Made by a program: the position numbers and the translations under genes. From contig NC_135264.1 in assembly GCF_964204865.1 (NCBI RefSeq), forward strand, positions 15,252,001-15,316,000: a stretch of DNA of 64,000 nucleotides, read 5' to 3'. The number at the start of each line of letters is the position of its first letter. Positions within the stretch are counted from its first letter, which is position 1. A model generated the notes under the pieces. The model was not told the origin of the DNA. It saw only the letters and a list, made by a program, of their open reading frames with translations, and did not search any database. Shown here piece by piece: positions 63,032 through 64,000 of the stretch. This DNA is from Styela clava. Its lineage: Eukaryota.

Positions 63032-63838
63032 GTGAGTAGTTAGCTTAAAAGAACATTTAATTTCAATTTCATAAAAACTACCTAAGTCTTGCGTCAATGG
63101 TTGCAGCTGTTTATTATATTTTCCCAAGGTATCAACAATTCTCGGCACTTTGGTGGTCGCCCGTAACTACTTCAAATTTCAAGTTTCAAATGTCGTCTTG
63201 TTTCTGAGGGAGTGCGCGTGATCTTGTATGCAAACTAAACGTTCTATCTAGATTCTAGCCACAGCCCTCAAATTTATTTGGCTGATAAATAAAATTCATT
63301 TTCCGGCAAAGATGTGTCTCAACTTTAGCGAAATGATTGCTTATCAAATGTTTGATATTATGTGACAATTTGCCTCCCGCGAGGGACGCATGTAGAGCAC
63401 ACACGCCAGATTCCAGAGTTAAAAAAATATTTACTCCCACTACACTCTACAGCCTTGGACGAGAGGTATAATAAAATTGCAACTGCAAACTCAATCCAAC
63501 TTTCATGTGACTATATTTATCATTCGAATTATCTGAATTCTGCGAACAAAATATTTTGGGTTGAAATAGATATATTGAAACAATTTTTTAATTCTAGATG
63601 CAAAACACAAAGTCTTGTGAAGACGGAAGATGCATGCTGTACCGACTACTTCTTGGGCCAGGCTTGCTTTAAAGGGAGTGAGGATATTTTATATTCAAAC
63701 TTTATATATATTTTTGGCTAATACTTCGTTAATAACAAATTGAAAATTTACAAAAAAAGAAGGATTGGCTTGAATAAAAAAAATAAGCATTTTATCACAA
63801 ATACTTACAAAACCCGATTTCGCTAATAAATACTCCAT

Positions 63839-64000
63839 GGTTCCATTACATTTGAACCCACGTACATTTGAACCCATGACAATTGCACCTGTATGCTATT
63901 GTACCTATGAATTTTTTTTTGTTTTACGGATAGTTGAACTCATACTAACCCTAACCCATGGGTTTTTAGCACCCGCATATAGATTGAACCCGTGGATATA
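63839..64000 (+). mobile_element. MITE family C, cut by the window end
   Basis: Near identical to 38407-38568. Confidence 0.82.

Noticed and set aside
63129-63680. Downstream exons of the 60.4-63.0 kb gene (acceptors near 63128 and 63597)
   Set aside because: Plausible, but frame and donor could not be fixed unambiguously.

Overview
AT-rich (roughly one third GC by eye), intron-containing animal genomic DNA. It has no prokaryotic operons, rRNA, CRISPR array or intact long ORF. An invertebrate such as an ascidian is plausible, but this is inference only. The ORF track misses the main content. Reading across GT-AG splice sites and through stops and frameshifts shows a dense cluster of about ten decayed, spliced genes or exon remnants on both strands whose translations follow death-domain (DD) helix patterns; several share an N-terminal W-L-S motif. 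At least two end in Cys-rich zinc-binding exons: a phase-consistent 7-exon DD + Cys-rich/RING-like gene at 16490-19825(-), and a DD + possible TIR-like + zinc-finger gene at 1590-5434(+) that is segmentally duplicated at about 7.2-13.8 kb. A tandem-DD gene at 60.4-63.0 kb(+) is the best preserved. The cluster is overlaid with Merlin-like MITEs (GG termini, 8-9 bp TSD), hAT-like MITEs (8 bp TSD), Tc1/mariner derivatives, a tRNA-derived SINE family, an I-group LINE 3' fragment, a near-identical 1.025 kb tandem duplication and a ~100 bp tandem array amplified from coding sequence. Domain assignments are by eye and need HMM confirmation.
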